Positions 63,172-64,000 of a DNA stretch of 64,000 nucleotides are shown piece after piece. The stretch comes from Ginglymostoma cirratum. Lineage: Eukaryota. The notes below the pieces were generated by a model. That model saw nothing but the letters and a program-made list of their open reading frames with translations. It was not told the DNA's origin and searched no databases. Position 1 is the stretch's first letter, and each line of letters starts with the position of its first letter. Both the position numbers and the translations under genes were made by a program. The stretch spans positions 1,016,848 through 1,080,847 of the forward strand of contig JAHRHZ010000278.1 in the NCBI GenBank assembly GCA_024137785.1, written 5' to 3'.

Positions 63172-63321
63172 GGGGCAAATGTTATTGTGAATGCCAGCAG
63201 TCCCGAGGACGTTGACTCAACTGCTATTCGTCAAAAGCTGACCAATGGCACAATGCACATTTCGAGCCCAGTTTTGCGCCGACTCCACCTGAAAGAGGAC
63301 GATGATTTATTGGGTCCAGTG
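63172..63321 (+). CDS. DBN1: Drebrin coding exon 5, 150 nt: GANVIVNASSPEDVDSTAIRQKLTNGTMHISSPVLRRLHLKEDDDLLGPV
   Basis: Lies inside ORF 63118..63453. Acceptor aaacAG, donor GTG|gtgagt. Matches drebrin GVDVIVNASSVEDIDAGAIGQRLSNGLARLSSPVLHRLRLREDENAEPV. The SSPVL segment is found in DBN1, not in DBNL/HIP-55. Confidence 0.93.
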
Positions 63322-64000
63322 GTGAGTAAAGGACAAAGACTTAAATTCTCATCACAGAGGCAGGGGAAAGGAGCCGGCTGTTTTTCCAAATGGATAACGG
63401 TCTGCATGGGGAAATTAATCAAAGTTAAGATATACGCATGGGCGAAGCCTTAATTGGCACAATGATGGAGTGACAGTATGATGGATGAGGTCCCTCAGCA
63501 GAGAGCTCTACCTCTGAGAACTGTCACTGAATTACAGGGTCAGAAGCGCCACCTTGAAAGGTGGCCACTGAAGGGACTGCAACAGTTCCCAGACCGAAGC
63601 TGTAGTGGGGCCTGTAGAAGGAGGGGAGTGAGGTAAACACACCAAGACAGGTTGAGAGGAACGTTGACCTACAGGCCCTTTCTGCTGGGGCCCCTCCGTG
63701 GAGCACATGGAGCCCAATCACGATGGACCCCTTCCCAAGGTGTGCAGTCAGTTCACCATTATATACTTAACAGTCATGTTGCAGGTGGGCACCGTGCCGT
63801 TCTAAAATACCAGCAGCAGTAAAAAAAGGTCTTTGACTGTCCATTAGTTAGCCTGTTCAGTGCTTCAGTTAACCTAGGACAGACATATTGTGTCCTGTTG
63901 AGCTGCTCGCCAGCAGATGCAGGTTACAGTATTCAGGGCTGATGGACACAGTGCCTCCTATCATCTCACCAAACTTTAAACATTCATTGTTCACCATCTT

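Noticed and set aside
1-64000. Prokaryote-style systems (CRISPR arrays, operons, defence islands)
   Set aside because: The DNA is vertebrate intronic sequence. The recurring short motifs are dispersed SINE/PLE copies, not regularly spaced repeat-spacer arrays.

Overview
Eukaryotic, repeat-rich DNA from a cartilaginous fish. The elasmobranch call rests on HE1-type V-SINEs, CR1/HER1-type LINEs and SacSINE1-like DeuSINEs; a carpet shark is a guess. The only host protein-coding sequence I can support is four + strand exons of a drebrin (DBN1-family) gene, encoding most of the ADF-H domain and the following SSPVL segment: 38155-38210, 60012-60124, 62229-62303 and 63172-63321. All have AG/GT ends and join in frame. 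I found no first coding exon, so bases 1-38154 are probably all intron 1, and the gene continues past the right edge. Almost all listed ORFs are chance ORFs or decayed retroelement fragments. The most interesting signal is about 17 short Penelope-like (PLE) insertions. Many are internally palindromic, several have 10-17 bp target-site duplications, and they carry minimal hammerhead-ribozyme cores (CTGANGA-A-stem-GAAACGTH). Two intact cores lie sense to the drebrin pre-mRNA. Several of these insertions also show chimeric or duplicated junctions. Repeat boundaries were read by eye and are approximate (about +/-10-30 bp). Family names come from recognition, not a database search.
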